This document shows, piece after piece, positions 23,701 to 39,100 of a stretch of DNA of 64,000 bases. Source of the DNA: Antedon mediterranea (Eukaryota > Animalia > Echinodermata); NCBI RefSeq assembly GCF_964355755.1, contig NC_092678.1, positions 24,445,365 to 24,509,364 on the forward strand, written 5' to 3'. Both the position numbers and the translations under genes were made by a program. The notes under the pieces are model-generated. The model made no database searches. It worked only from the letters and a program-made list of their open reading frames with translations, and had not been told where the DNA came from. How positions within the stretch are numbered: position 1 is the first letter of the stretch; each line of letters begins with the position of its first letter.

Positions 23701-26700
23701 AGTCGTTTTTGCAGGTAAGAGACAAATAAACGGACTAAAAAATTCTTATTTTGTGTAATTTTTACCCTTGGAATCTAGAATTCTTTATTGGTTTAAACTC
23801 TTTATTGAACATTTCCAGATAAAGATCCGTTGATATCGGTGTCAGCAAAGGACCTTTTAAAACAACATAAGATGGATATGAAGAAGAAAATTGCAGACAG
23901 AAAGATTCAAAATACTCATACTAACCGTGGAATAAGTGATAATGTTATTGATCTTGGTTCACCTATACAATTCTACAAAAAACAGAAAGAAAGTCCGAAT
24001 CAAAATACACCTCAACTCGGCAGAGGATTCAAATCTGCCGTGACCCCTAGAAAGCTCAAGACTCCTTTCAGCTTAGAGGAAGCTAAGGTAAAATTATACA
24101 TTTAAAAACCATTTTTAGAGAATAATTATTTTGGTTAAATCTTCAATAAACTTAGGTTTTGTTTGTTTTTTTAGCGACAAGCTGTGGCGGTAATTCGTGC
24201 TAAGGGTGAATTATCAAAAACCAACCCTAATAAGTTGTACAAAGGACCAACATCTGAGAAAGCGAAAAAAGATATTATGAACAAAGTGGCCGAGGATACG
24301 CAAGCTATTCAAGATAAAGAAAATGGTTGGTTTTACTCTTTTCTTTCTCTATATTTTTAGTCCTTTTTCATAACTTTTCTTCTTTTGAGAAAGCAGGTTT
24401 GGTTTGAATATTTGTAGGCGTTTTCTTAATCTAGTATCTCTTTAATTTTAGATGAAAGTCCTGGATCATCTAAACCCAAGAAACGAATAATTTTAGGACA
24501 AGAAGTTGAATTCACTAAAGAAGATATCGAGAAAATAGCAAAAACTAAGTCACTTAATGCTTCTCTTCTATCTCAGGCAAGTTCATTCATTATATTGCAA
24601 ACAGATACTTAAAACTTACATAACTAGAAACGGAGCAAGGTTATATGAAATAGAATTAATAATTGTGAATACGTTCTTATTTTGACGTAATTGATGAATC
24701 ATAAAAAGGCTTGCAATGCATTGGTTGTAATGCATACAAACTATGTTGAGTTGTGCCGTCTAAAGCTGTATTTACATGTCAATTAACACAGTAGCTGGCA
24801 AATATCTGTTAACATATGATCTTACATTTATTCTATCTGCTGCCCTCTCTCCTGTTTTAAATGTACAGTCGACTCCCCTAATAACGAGCTCTCTGAAAAC
24901 TCTCCCAAAGCAAGACTTTTCTTGTGGTCCAAACAATTTATTTTTAACATTAGCAACACATATATTTGATCAGCCCAAAGTTGTCCGGTTTTGGGAGAGT
25001 TAATCTTCAAATGATGTTTGTATTTCTTTTTTTGTAATTGGTGAATTAATATAAAGTTTAATTTCTATCGTCTGAAAAACTGTATTTGATAATAGTAGAA
25101 TTCTATAACAATATTCTTTTGTTGCCTAAATATAAAGTGAATTTTTAAAATCCAGACGTTGAAAGAACTTGAACACGACATAATGGTATTCTTCCATCAA
25201 ACTCCCACATTTAATTCTGAACACTGCATTGAACATTCTACATTTTGTACCACCTCAGAGAAAGTTAAATCTATTTAATTTTCAAATTTAATATCACTAA
25301 TAAAATATAATGTTAACTAAAGTAATCTATTGTTTTCACCAATACTTATTTTGAATGATGTAAATGTGTGTCACTGCAGGCTGCGACGACGTCCAATCAA
25401 AAGCATGTGTGTTATTTTTGTTTGTATTGTTCCAGAATGAATTGAATAATGAATTTTATTATTAATTTGTTACAGTTTGAACTGGAAATGCAAGAAGAAT
25501 ATTTCAAGAAAATGGAAGTGAAAGAAGGAATGGAAAAAATGATGGACTCAGTGAAAGAAAAAGAAGTGAACATTGTGTCATGTAAACAGGTATTTACATT
25601 AATTATTGTTTTTACCCTTGACCCTTGACCCTTTTCAGCAATGTCCTTCCATTGTGTGGTTTTTATTTGTATTAATTATAGAATATAAAAAAGTAAATAA
25701 ATTAATAGCTTTCAAACCAATATACTTTCAACATATCAAATTAACATATTAAAGTCAAAAGTAACATTTATTTCTCTTTAAGTTCATAATTTGTTCATAA
25801 TAATTTGAAAAAAAAGCTTGTGAGAGGTAGCCCATATATAAAGTATAAATGTACATTAAAAAAAAATATTCTAAATTACCAAAGGTACCAATTATTAAAA
25901 CGATGGTATACTGTCAATTTGTGGAACTAGACAAAACTGGTCACATTTATTACACCCTGTTTGATTTCTGTAAAAAATTCACAGACACAAATATCTACTT
26001 AATGAAATTACATACAATTTTGTATGTAATTAATTCAGGTATATATTACATGTTATTTTTCCTGTGACGTAATTGAGAAAGTGCTCTTCTGATGTAGAGA
26101 TATATTTTTTTCGCATCTTGAAGTGGAATCGGTTCGTTAATATCATATTTTTAATGTTTCTGTGACGTTGAAAGTACGCATTCTGATGTGGAGATAATTT
26201 TTGTTGGCATCTTTGATGTGAAATCAGTTATTTAATATCAAATTTTGAGTTAGAATGTCAATTGCTTTAAGCCTCTTATGTTGGATCCAGTAACGCCCAC
26301 TGATACCTCCAGCACAAAATACAAAAATAAGTAAAAGGTCTTAACAATATATTTTTTTTCATCACTATCGAGAATGACTTAAATCTAGTTTGTCTTAATA
26401 ATGACCCGATCAACCACAGTTTGTGATATTCTAATTTATAAATGTTTATATTTACTAATAAAGAATATTTTAATTAAAATTGAATTATTAGTAATATTTA
26501 ATAATGCATTAAACATTAATTTTTATTGATAATGATGATTTACAAAACATCTTGGTTTGACCTAATATCCCAGTTTCTCTCAACCAGTACATCATATTAA
26601 GAAAGAATTTACTAAAGCTTCCATCTGAAAATAGATAGAATTGCAATTCTCTGTTTTGTAAATAACTACATCAGATTGTATTTGCTAATTGACTTCAAAA

Positions 26701-29700
26701 TAAACTGTGTTAGTATTATTACCCAGAAAACAAATACATCAAGTTGTTAATATAATGGTGACAAATGAATTACTTTGTATCTGGGTGCACTGATTAAACC
26801 AAATGCCATACTGAACATTAATATAGGTTTGACATTTCCGAAAGGCGTTTCTTATTGTTTAAACACTGTCAATTTCATTTATTTGGCCTAATTTCTGTTT
26901 TGTTTGATTTATTTTGTTCAAAATTCAAAAAGTGGGTCATAGATTTTACAATAAAACATGTTTTTCCTAAATGTCAAGGTAAAGTAACTAAATATGAAAA
27001 GAAGAGAAAATCTCAGTTACAGATATATAGAAAATTGAATATTAAAGTGTTGAATTATTATTATTATTAATTTATTGTAACCGATGTGCACACACAGTAT
27101 AGGATACTTTACTATGTAATAGTGAGTGATTGGCCGAGTGGTTAAGATAGTGGAAACGTAATTTACGTAGCCATAACATTGGCAAGGGTTCAATGCTCAC
27201 TTGCTCCATGGTTCTGGTGCTAAAACGAGTCTTCTCGGATAAGGACTATAAACCGTACGTCCAGTGTACACATATAGCTCACGTGCACTTTAAAGAACCT
27301 AGTACATCTTTTGAGGGTAGAAGGGGTTTATCCTGGTCTACTAGTAAATCACAGCCACTCATCTATATAAATAAATAAATAATACAAACAAATAAATAAC
27401 TTGTTGAAATGTTTAAAACTGATGCAACAGCCGCGTACAGGTTGCAATGTGTCTTACAGTAATTACCCAGCTGTACTGTGGTAGTGCTCATCCATCCACT
27501 GGCTTACTTGTTGCTACTTTAATCCCCTTAGCTAATTTTATCACCACCAAGATAAATCCTGTTGTCCCGTTATAGGCATTTAGCCTACTTAGTCGGTGAC
27601 TGCGGATTAATGTCAATTCTACAATCTAATTGAATTTATCTAATAAATTCCCGAACCCTGGGAAGGTGTTTTAGTTTTCAAATATTGGCACATATCCGAC
27701 TGGATGTTAAAAGCGCCAATTAAACGACGTGAACTATAGTCATGTTTTTTTATCTAACATCTCGTTACAAGTATTAGTAGCGGGCAAGAAAAAAATAAGA
27801 GAGATTGAGATTTGAACATAAAAACTTTGGAATAATAAGCGAAACTGTTAAAAACCATGCCACAAAACCATTCCTATAAGATATTCACCACCCAGAAGTC
27901 TTTTTAGTCTTATTCAGTTTGATACCTCCTACCACCTCTCTCCCAACAGGAGGAAAAAAAGTAATTTAACATATAATATTGTACTTAAAAAACCATGGTA
28001 CAAACCATTCCAAAAAGATATTCACAACCCAGAAGTTCTTTATTCAGAATGAACCCCCTCTCTCCCAACAGGTGAGAAAGAAGTACTTTAACATATAATA
28101 TTGTACTTAAAAAACCAAACCATGCTACAAACCATTCCAAAAAGATATTCACCACCCAGAAGTTCTTTGTTCAGAATGAACCGTAATTACGTAGCCATAA
28201 CATCGGCAGGGGTTCAAGGCTCACTCACTCCATGGTTCTGGTGGTAGAACGAGTCTTCTCGGATAAGGACTATAAACCGTAGGTCCAGTGTACACATCTA
28301 ACTCGTGTGCACTTTAAAGAACCTAGTACATCTTTCGAGACAAGTATAGGGGGTTACCCCGGTGTATTAGTAAATCACAGCCACTGATCACCAACTGGGC
28401 CCTCTGGGAGACCAGTCATTGACTGAAGAGGTTACCCAGTATAAATATATATTTCAATCTCCCAACAGGTGGGAAAGAAGTACATTACTAAATACATTAT
28501 ATATTATACTTGTTTATATCTTGTTTAGTGTAAATACACATGGTTTAAGGCATCTGATCTGTGCAAAAAGGAGAACCATCAGCTGAAATGGCACGAGGGA
28601 AAACAGCGATTTTTTACTTGTAAGGATTGCAAAACAAGATGTATCACGTTTGACAGGATACCAAACAAGTCATGCAGGTAAGCCATCAATCAATGAATCA
28701 ATAAGACATTTAATATCAATCAATAAATCATTTAATATCAATCAATAAATCATTTAATACAGTCAATTCTCCCAATACCTGACTCACTGAAAACTGGAAA
28801 CTCTCCCAAAACTAGACTTTTCTCAAAGACCAAAAGTTACCAAACTTATTTTTACCATTAAAAACACATTCAGAATACCAGACTTTCCTGAAAACCAGAA
28901 ATATGAGGCCAGCCCAAATGTGTCCGGTATTGGGAGAGTTGACTGTATATGAATCAATCAAAAATAAATCATGTAATCAATCAAATGGCATATATCAATC
29001 CGTATATCAATCAATCAGTATCTATTAATGATTAATTCTAATCTTTCAATACCTTTTATTTACGTGAACATTCTCAAGACCTCTGGTAGGTGTCTGTCTG
29101 TCTGTATTTAGCCAGTGGCTAATGTTTACATCATTTTAACTGATTTAACACGTTCACACATTATTACAGTGAAAAGATTCAATCACAAACTTGTACATTC
29201 CTCTACTTATTTCCGGTATTTTGGGTGTTGTTGACAGACGTACAATACACACCACAATATATATTATCTGGAACAGACCTTTACAGGGTGCTACATGTGG
29301 GTGTGGTCACTGTTAACATGTGTACAGTTTTTAAGCCTGGACCATTACTTTACAAAGACACTCAAATATGTTCTGTTCTATTTAGATAAAAATATTTTTC
29401 TGTTATTTTTAATTTGAATTTGTTCTCAGAAAGGTTATTTAAAGGTTAATTTGTTTTGATTAGCAAATTTCTGATAAATATGATTTAATCTTCGCCACTT
29501 TTGAGAGATAATTCTGATGAGTTGATTGTCAGCAACTCGACATGAAACCAATGGTGTTGTTTTGTACTGAATCCCTTTGTGTCGCCAATCAGCGTTAGTC
29601 CAGACTTAGGCCACAACTGGTAATACCTTAAGCCAGGGTAGCACTGAGATAACATTGTGGGGTAGAATTATCTTAATGTCTGAATAACAAAATATCATTG

Positions 29701-32700
29701 CTGTTCATGTTAAAAATAAAGTATAATCTTAATATTTGTTTCTTTTGCTATGGATATCATGTCGTCATGGTATTCTGAAATAAAAAGATGAATGAATGAA
29801 TATCATCAGCACAAACATTTTCCACAAACCTTACATACATTTAGTAAAAGATCCATTGTTTGTGCATCTTCATAATTTAACTCATGAAATGTTCATAATT
29901 TTGTGAAATTCAGCAGCAGTTCCATAAAGTTCAATCTACTCTTGTGTATGTTTAATATTGTTTTAAATAATGTTTAAAATTTATTGACAAAGTCAAGGTC
30001 AAAGTCAATCTTAACCCATTAAATATTAATAATACAAAAATATCCCTCAGCTAAGTCTTGCATTCAACCCCAAATGATTAGCCCTTAAGGGTCACTTGAG
30101 GGTCACTTGCACCTACGAAATTACAAGTAACCTTCCCATAGGGAAGAGGTATGGTCGCATCTGTCCACGTATTACTGATTTTTCAGACTGGTGTTTGATG
30201 AGTACATCAACACTAGGGGTAGATATCTTGCATTGTGAGTACATCAACACTAGGGGTAGATATCTTGCATTGTGAGTACATCAACACTAGGGGTAGATAT
30301 CTTGCATTGTAGTACTGTAGGTGTAAGTAACTTCTGTACTTTTATTATTTACTTCTTGTTTACTTTTTACCAAGGGAACCCTAAAATTCCAAGTACAGTT
30401 AGTAGTATTTAGAAATAAACATGCCTTGTTTATTTTCCATTCTTTACGCAAAACGTTACAAACAATAATGTTTCGCTTGAACCCCACTTGATCAATTGAT
30501 TGATTATTCATAATGGAGTAGTATAGTATTTGTTCTTCCATGTTAAAAAAAAAATCAGTTTAAAGTTCTCTTCTTTAATTTCCTGTTATAATTCCTCCCT
30601 TTGATCTTGCCTCTTTTTTTAATAACAATTATTTACCTCCCACTCATCCCTTGTCTATCCATCTTATTCCATCTTCCTATCTGTTTGATCTTTCTCGTTT
30701 CATTCATTTTACTTCCCACGCTCTCATTGTAAACACTTTTTCAGTTTCATCAAGTTGGCATTTTGAATGCATATTTCAGGTCATCCTTCGTTCATTGGTA
30801 TTGTTTAGCCAAACTGTTGTTTCTTTCCACGTTGAACATCTGCCCGTTGTCTGTACTTTATCGTTCACCAATTTGCCTCAAGAATTTGTTCTTTGTAGGT
30901 GTTTATTTGACGTCTTGGAATTTTCATCAACGAAAACTTCATTAACAATCCAAAACTAAATATGGAAAAATATTTCAGATTCCAATTTTTACTTTTATTT
31001 AATTTTTATTATTTTTTACTTTACTATAAATTATTTGCAAGATATTATTTAGTTCATATAGCAGAGGTTATATAAATGGAGTTCCTTTTTTTCTTAACCA
31101 TAGTTATGTATCTTGCAATTGAAAAATTTTTTTTTTTAATAAATGCTTATTATACTGTCTACACATTAAAAAAAATGGCAATAAAAATACATTTTAAATA
31201 TAGAAAGTGATTGATGATTAAATGTCAACATATTGAAGGTATTCTTATTACACGTCAAATTAAACTTATGCTTAACGGTGCACGTACGTTGCACGCGTGA
31301 CATTTACACTTCACACCAGGACGTCCATTGTCATTGTCCTTATTTTTACAAAACAAGTACATTTATTGTATAACCTATCTTTATCTGTTATTGGTGAAAT
31401 TATTTTAAGGAGGAACGCATTCGTTCATTGTATCGATCAAATCAGACGGAAAGTTTATTGTGTTGATCAATTCAAGAGAAGCGACGGGATACATTCAATT
31501 ATCAAGAATGGGGGTTTTCTTTTATCATGTATAAGAATGACAGATTCAATTTGTTAAATGAAGAGGAAGACAGAATCCATTTATACATGGTCATCTGTGA
31601 TGGCAGCTGCTGGTGATAGGTTCACAAGTTATTCTTGTCTTTGGTATGACATCAATTCTTACCAAGTTGTTATTTTATGACAGTAGTTTTAATTATTCTT
31701 TTCACATCCTCTGAGTTTATGTCATGCTGGTCATGTCTGGTATTTCTGAAATCAAAGAGGATTAATTTGGATTTTCATTTTAAAATAGACACTTCATACA
31801 AATTGATAATTAAAATTGTAATAGATTATAATCTATGGCAGCTAAAAAACATGTTTTGAAAATTAGGTAATTTCGTTTTATTGAATATAATTAGTCTATG
31901 CATACTTTGGCCAATAATCTTTCTTACTGGAGAATTGTCGCAAGACGTTCAGCATTCCTGATGTGATGTGTGAATATAATTAGACAGTGGTCCTTAAGCA
32001 AGGAACAAGTTTTTAACAAAAACCACCGCTGCTGAATAATTCAGATTAGTTGCTGTAGTCTTTAAACTATACTTTGCTATTTCATAGAATTTAAGTTTCT
32101 CTAGCATTAGAGTTTTTGTTATTACATAATGATGTGTCTTATGAAAATAAAATTTAATATAATTGAATAAAATACATGAGTAGAAGGTAAAAACCTACCA
32201 AGGTAGAAAGAACATTAAATAATTAAATTGAATTAACTAAAAGTGAAGTGGAAACATATTAAGCTGATTGGTTGATATGGCAAGCCAGCCTAGTCTCAAC
32301 ATCAATCCAGCTTGTACACCTGCCACATGGGTCATGGCAAGGTCGGGGTATCAACACCACTTTGTTAACCCTCACCCTTCGTCACCTTCACGCCTTTCTC
32401 CTTCCCCCTTAACCCCTTCCTTTTGTTGAGGCTAACAAACGTCATTATTTACATATTAAACTCTTTTTTTCAGAGGTGATGAAATTTCATTGTGTCGCGT
32501 TCTTGATCAATTTATAGAAATGTAATTTTGACAGCATTGCTTAATAAACATGGCAACCATATATTTATATCTGTTTACATCAGATATAGATATTGATGCG
32601 ATATTAATGTCATCTTTGAGTGGGTGGGTGGGTTCTTCAATCAATTTCTTCTCAAGTATTTTGGTTGATTTTCTTCAAATGCACAATAACATAATATTAT

Positions 32701-33078
32701 GAAGAAGTATAATTAATATTTGTGGTTCATAATGTCCGTAATTAATGTTATAAATAAGTTTTAAATTACAATTAAAATGTCAAGGTTAAACTTAATTCCT
32801 AAAAGTGATAATTATGTATAATTATTTCATTAATTATTATGTAATAATAATGTATTTGTAAGTAATACTTAAAAAACAGTTGCAATGCGATTTGATGATA
32901 TACAATAAAAAGAAATAAAAAACATAAAAATAAAGACTAACAAAATATAAAGTAATTTTTTCCAATACTTGCTGTCTAAAATTTTAAAAATTGTTAAAAC
33001 TTTAAAAGATAATTAATATCAAATGTTCTTTTTTAAATCTACAATTTAACCGAATTTATATTATCATAAACTTACAAG

Positions 33079-33111
<33 letters not shown>

Positions 33112-36100
33112 GTAAGATTAAAAATGAAAAGAAAAAAAAATGAAACAACAAACACAAAAACTAACAAAATATAAAGTAATAATAATTTCTTACTGACTAA
33201 TAAAGACAAAATTTGATAAAACTAGATAATTAATATCAAATATTCTTTTTTAAATCTACAATTTAGTCTAAATGTGTAAAAGTAAGACTGATACGTTTGT
33301 GTACACATTTGTTTGTAAATTTACCTAAGCAAGTTGTAACACGTCCATCACTGTCATCCTACCAGTCAATCAAACTCATCACTATTCCAATGATTCAGTT
33401 ACCAAATTAGTATGATTAATATTAAGTCCCCCATGTCCGTCAATACTGTATCAAATATTATCTGATATTCTTGAAACTTATCCACTGTTTCTTTGAACCT
33501 GTAAGCTAAAAGTCATCGTACTTTAAAACACTTTTATGGTTGTTTTGTATTTCAGTAATTTTATTCCAACTTAACCACATTTTTAATTTAAAAAATAAGT
33601 TGTTTATTGTTTAAAAATGTTGTTATTAATAAGATTTTAATTATTTCAGAATTATGTGGTTTTTGTTTAAATCATTTTTGCTTGTTTACTAAAGTACTTT
33701 TCATAATTAAAACTAAAGAGGAAAACTGCATTTAGTTCCTTAATAAGAGTGTTGATTAGGGTTATTTTTGATGATTGCTCTAGATGTGTGTGCTGAACTA
33801 AGATGTTGTATACAGTAAATTAAAAAAAACATTATAATTAAACAGCATACATAAAATATAACATATTTATAATGCAAAAGGTAATGAAATACATGATATG
33901 GCATTAATAATATTAATATGTATTTATATCGAACATTTAAAGACAAAGTGACGAGGAGAAAATAAGCTATTTTCAGCTGTCTGTAAAATCAACTTGAAGT
34001 TTAACCTTCAAAGTGGAACATGTCAATAACATATAGTACATGTCACCATTCCGCCACACCACTTCCTGCCCCGCTCAAACTAACTTTTTAATATTCTTGT
34101 TGGCGTTCAAAAAGTCATTTAAAATATGATTTAAGGATTCTGCTTTTAAAAGGCAGAATGATGAGTAGAGATTAGAGCGGTACTAATCTGTTTAGGATGA
34201 TTGATTTTTAATAAATTGTGTAGGAGGAGTGGATTATATTCATGTATTCCAGTTTATGTTTCCTTTTTAATGAAACTGATTTTATTATTTGGGCTTTAGT
34301 TTCTTCATTACGTTATCAATCATAAAGAAATTGATAGATTCAGTAATTATATCATTGGTATTCTATTGCATCCCTTTTTTCCATTCCTTCTGTCTTTCAT
34401 TTTTTTTCACCATTCCCTTCTTTACCTTCTTTATCCTTCCTTCATTTCTGTTACATCCGTTTTTTCATTCCCTCTGTCCTTCATTCTTTTACATCTTCTT
34501 TAGCTTCTTTATCCTCCCTTCACTATTACATTCCTTTCTTTTATCCCTTTTATCATTCATTTTTTTTTCTTATTTCTTCTTTTCTCTTCATCCTTTCCCT
34601 TCTTTTCCATCCTATCATAATTATCTTTCACCTATTCGCCGTTCGTTGTCATCTTTTCCTTTTTTTCTTCCAACTTTTCTTTCTTTTACTTGTGTTGTTC
34701 ATTTTGTCCTTGTTTCCTCATTCATTCATTCTTCCTCTATTTTTCGCATAATGTTTATAAGTTATTAATGTTTTGTTTTGTTTTATTTTACAGGCATTGC
34801 AAAGGAACACACTTTGAGAGAGCCTCTATGTTAAAGGTGAGAAATATTGGGACTTTTCTTCGGTTTTTGAAGAAGTTTGTTTTAAAAAAAACTTTTCACT
34901 TTAGTAACCATGTGTTTCTTTTTCTTATCTCTTTCAAAATCTTTAAACTTTTAATTGCAATTCACTGCTATTATCACTCAAAAAAGAATTTTTTAATCAT
35001 TATCAACATATTTATTACTTTTAACAGCCGAAAACTGTCTTGCTTTCTTGAATATGTTGTAGTTATTTAGCCAAAGCAAGTGGGAAAAACGCCACCTGTT
35101 AAAATCTCAAGTGCTTCCTTCTTTTGAGTGAATTAAAAATGGATGCCAATAAAAATAAAACTGTTTTCTTTCCTTGCTATTTTTTCTGTCTTTTTATATT
35201 AATTTTTAATGATTGATATGCTGTTTTTGACACATATTGATGGGCATATGCCCACTCAAACTTTTAAAAATCTTTCTTTTTTTGCAGATTTTTTAACATT
35301 TTTTTATATCAACTTTGATGGATTAGCTAGCTGTTTGTTGAAAAATTTAAAAAAAATGTTTGAAAAAGTGTTGAATGATTCAAATGATTTACAGAACTAT
35401 AAAATATTGTTCAGAAATGAAATTTGGTTTAAAATTTCATGTTGTTTAGTATCATGCTGAGAGAATTACATTAGGAAAGATCAAATTTGGTATATTTTAA
35501 TACTTTTTTTGGTAAATATGAAACTAGTTTATTAGAGTCTAAGAATGTAGTTAAAAGAAGCTTAGTATAGTGGGTTGCAAAAGTTATTGTTGTCAAAATA
35601 GTCAGTCTACTGCTTTACGAAAACCTTTAGCTTAGAGTTTTCCACCTCTCAACCTCTGATACCGTATCCCTAATATTAGCATTTTCCATCGTTTACGCCA
35701 TTCCTTCTGCTTCTTTTTTCTTCCATTGGTTACCTACAAACTTCCTGTCATCACTCTGGTATCCTAACTGTTCAACACATTAGGCTGCAAATGAGAAAAT
35801 TGTTTTTCAACCGTTATTTGTTGTGGTATGCAAGAATAATCTTTTCCGTTAACATATTCCATATTTAGCCACTCACCAAGTGTTAAAAGATTAGTTTTTT
35901 TAATAGTAGACACAGGTGGTAATTTAGAGAAAAACATTTTTGCACAATTTTGAATGAAAATTTAGAAAAATTAATCAACATAAGGTGATAATTGACAAGA
36001 ATTTTAATTCAATATTAAACAGTGAAATATGAGACTTACATTGAAAAGTGCATTCAAATCAAATGATAGAAATATAGATATAATATTTACTTGGGCTGAA

Positions 36101-39100
36101 GAGGCCTTATATTTTTAAAAGAGAAAAGGCTGACTGACTGAACCTGCCTCAGTGGTCCCATGACGATTTCAGTGAGGTCTAGGGGATCGTCTCCCGGTGT
36201 GTTGATCTGGTGGGCGCTGCACTGCTGCCTGCCGTGGGTCCGTAGAGGAACTAATTTGAACTTCCTCAGTTTCCAGTTAAGTTTAGGACCAGTATAACAC
36301 CTTTACCTTTTATACTGTATCCAAAACATTTACATTGTGTCTTGAATTTTATAAGAAGGGTGTAGAACTGAACCTACCATTGCAAGCAGTAACACATTTT
36401 GAAATTGTTTCATAAAATATATTCACAGTAAATATTAATAATTTTTCATGACATGATAGGTAACATTAACTAGGCACTGAACTATGTTGGCTTGAATAAT
36501 GAAAAGCTTTCTTCCCTTTTGAAAAAAAAATGAGTTGGTGAATAATGGTGATGTTTTAAACCTGTTGTGTTTGACATTTCTATACTATCGTTGATCCTAC
36601 TTTTGAAGAAGCACGTCTGCGGCATCATCAGCTAAGGTGCAACAAAGTCAAATTTAATTTGGAATTTCATATTTATTTATAAATATTGACATTGAATGAT
36701 AGGGATGAGTGAATACCAAGGAAATTGATTTAGAAAAAGAACATTAAAATATAAAAAACTCAATAAATTTTAAGTTTTTAAAGTACAGTTGAAAAGTCAC
36801 TGGGTTATAATAGTCTCTCTTGGTATTTATAAGAGGTAATATTTAAATTCTAAGAATGTGGAGCTGTAGCTTGGTGCTTGCCTTCTAATCCCAAGGTCCA
36901 GGGTTCAATCCTGACCTAGTGCCTGGGTTCAATCCTGACCTAGTGCCTGGGTTCAATCCTGACCTAGTGCCCGGGTTGTAACTCACAACTCTTTCAACTC
37001 AACTCCCTAAGCCTCAAAAGCGCGATAATTTTTGTTGATGCGTATGAAATAAAAAATGTTAGAATAGATACTAATAACATTAATTTTATTTCATTTGGTC
37101 AGAACAGTACTGCTGCTGTTTCAGGCTTCCATTACAATATAATGAAATGTTGTTTTGATATTATTACTTCAGTAGATCAATAAATTGTCGCCCCAGCTTT
37201 TTTCTTCTCACATCGCCCCCTTCACACTTATTCAGGTTCCAAATGTAACATACTTATAATTATATCAGTCATTTGTAACTTTATTTTTGTCGTTTCCTCT
37301 TAATATATGACTTAAGTGTTTTGATTGGTTGATTAAATCACCTTGACTTGTGGGTAATTATTCAGCAGATTGAGTGCTAATTGGTTGATGATGTTGCAAA
37401 GTACGTAATCTGGTTTAGTGCATATTAATTAGTACACACTGTTTGGTTGTCTCTTCATTAAGTTTTGCCTGTTTTTAATATCATGCTGTTCCATTCACTT
37501 GTATTTTTTTTCTTCCGGTCATCAATTTTAAATACCCAGCATGTAATTTTTAATTGCAAACATTATCAATAAACATATATCAGTCTATTCATTTAATTTC
37601 ATTTCATAGTAACATTTATTTCCTTCTTAATATACAAAATATAAATAATACAATACAAAATTTATAACGAGAAGAATTTTTTTTCCATCTTTAAAATGAA
37701 TAAAACAATATTATGAAGGAGGCACAATTTCTGGAAAGCAAAAGCTTTTGTTGAAAGTGCCTGAAGAAAAACAAAAAGTAATTAAAATCAAATTAGTAAA
37801 TAATAGTAAATGTGACTTCACATTTTAATTTTACCTATAAATTCTAGATATATATAAAACTACTATTATTTTAATACTTGTATGTTTAAAATTTGTTTCC
37901 ATGTTTAAAATGTTTGCATTGGTCAATTTCCTGTAGAACGTAATTAATTTGATTTTATTTGTCTGTTTTTAGTTGATCAAATAGCATAGGTGTTTAGCTC
38001 CTGTTTCCTTGTTTCCCCAACTTGTGTCTTAATATCACTTGCTTAGATTCAATGATATGTATATATTATTATAGTGTTGACTACTAAACACACTAGCACA
38101 CCTTTCAAACATACAATACTTTAGTGTTGTTTTAACAAATCTGTGTGTAATACCAACGTTAGTTTATAATTAGCAAAGTACTTTCTTAATTAAGATTTCA
38201 TGTTTAAGAGTTCACACATGTAGACAAATTTAGATTTGCCAAACCACACACAAACTTACAAATTAGTGGTTTCTTAGTCTACACTGTGTGATAGTGGTAC
38301 TAATGGTTTTAATTTCATTTGAAGGTTTGTGCTTAGATGTATGTAATCCGTTGTTCTGTTAATGTAACCACACAGTGAACCTTGAAATTAAAACAAGGAA
38401 GAAATTAAGTAGAAAGTCAAAATAATTTAATTTTTTGGTTTTTAATGAAAATATGGGAACCGTTAACATTGTTATATATACACTACCAAAAATAATGAAG
38501 CTCTATTAGAATTGTAAATATTACTGCAAATCATATGTGTAAAGGAAAAGTTGCACCAAGAAGAAACTGTTCCCCAAACCTCTTAAAGTTTTGTATCGCC
38601 CTCCTTCCCTACTTATTTTTAATTTTCTTGTCTCTACCTTTTTCATTATTTCCCTTTCCCTTTTTTTAATTTTTTTTAAACCATATTTAATGAGGGTGAT
38701 CCATCCAGCTGATCATTAGGGACACTCAGAGGTTCATAAGACAAACATATACACAAGATGCTCTACATAAACAAAGTCTTATTACAAGTTTTGGAGTGGA
38801 GTAATTTGGTCCTTAGAAAAAATTCAGACATGTGACGAGACTTGAATCCAAGACCCTTGGAGTGGTAGCCAAGCATCATAACCACCAAGCCACAACGCCA
38901 CTTCATCCCTTACTTCTATTTTTCTTGCCTCAACTTGTTATGATTTTGTCTTTTCTACACCCTACATGTTTTGATTTAGGTTGCCTTCTCACCTAATTAA
39001 TATTTCAAACGCTTCCCTTTTAAATCGTTGATTATGATTTGTGGAAGCATTACGATGAATCTAGGTTGTGTTTGTAAAATGAAGCCCGATGGAATTCTAA

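Noticed and set aside
27121-27210. Genuine tRNA gene (also 18160, 36859, 38833, 43277)
   Set aside because: A/B boxes are present but there is no intact cloverleaf; at 27121 the head runs into a repeated SINE body.
30690-30955. Minus-strand frame broken only by TGA codons, suggesting a selenoprotein
   Set aside because: No recognisable selenoprotein motif or SECIS, a TAG follows, and neighbouring blocks have TAA/TAG stops; decay is more likely.
31297-31620. 86-aa ORF with a vaguely beta-propeller-like stretch
   Set aside because: No diagnostic motif and no convincing splice context; left unassigned.
34289-34768. 159-aa Phe/Ser-rich membrane-like ORF
   Set aside because: Low-complexity CT-rich intron tract upstream of MCM10 exon 17.
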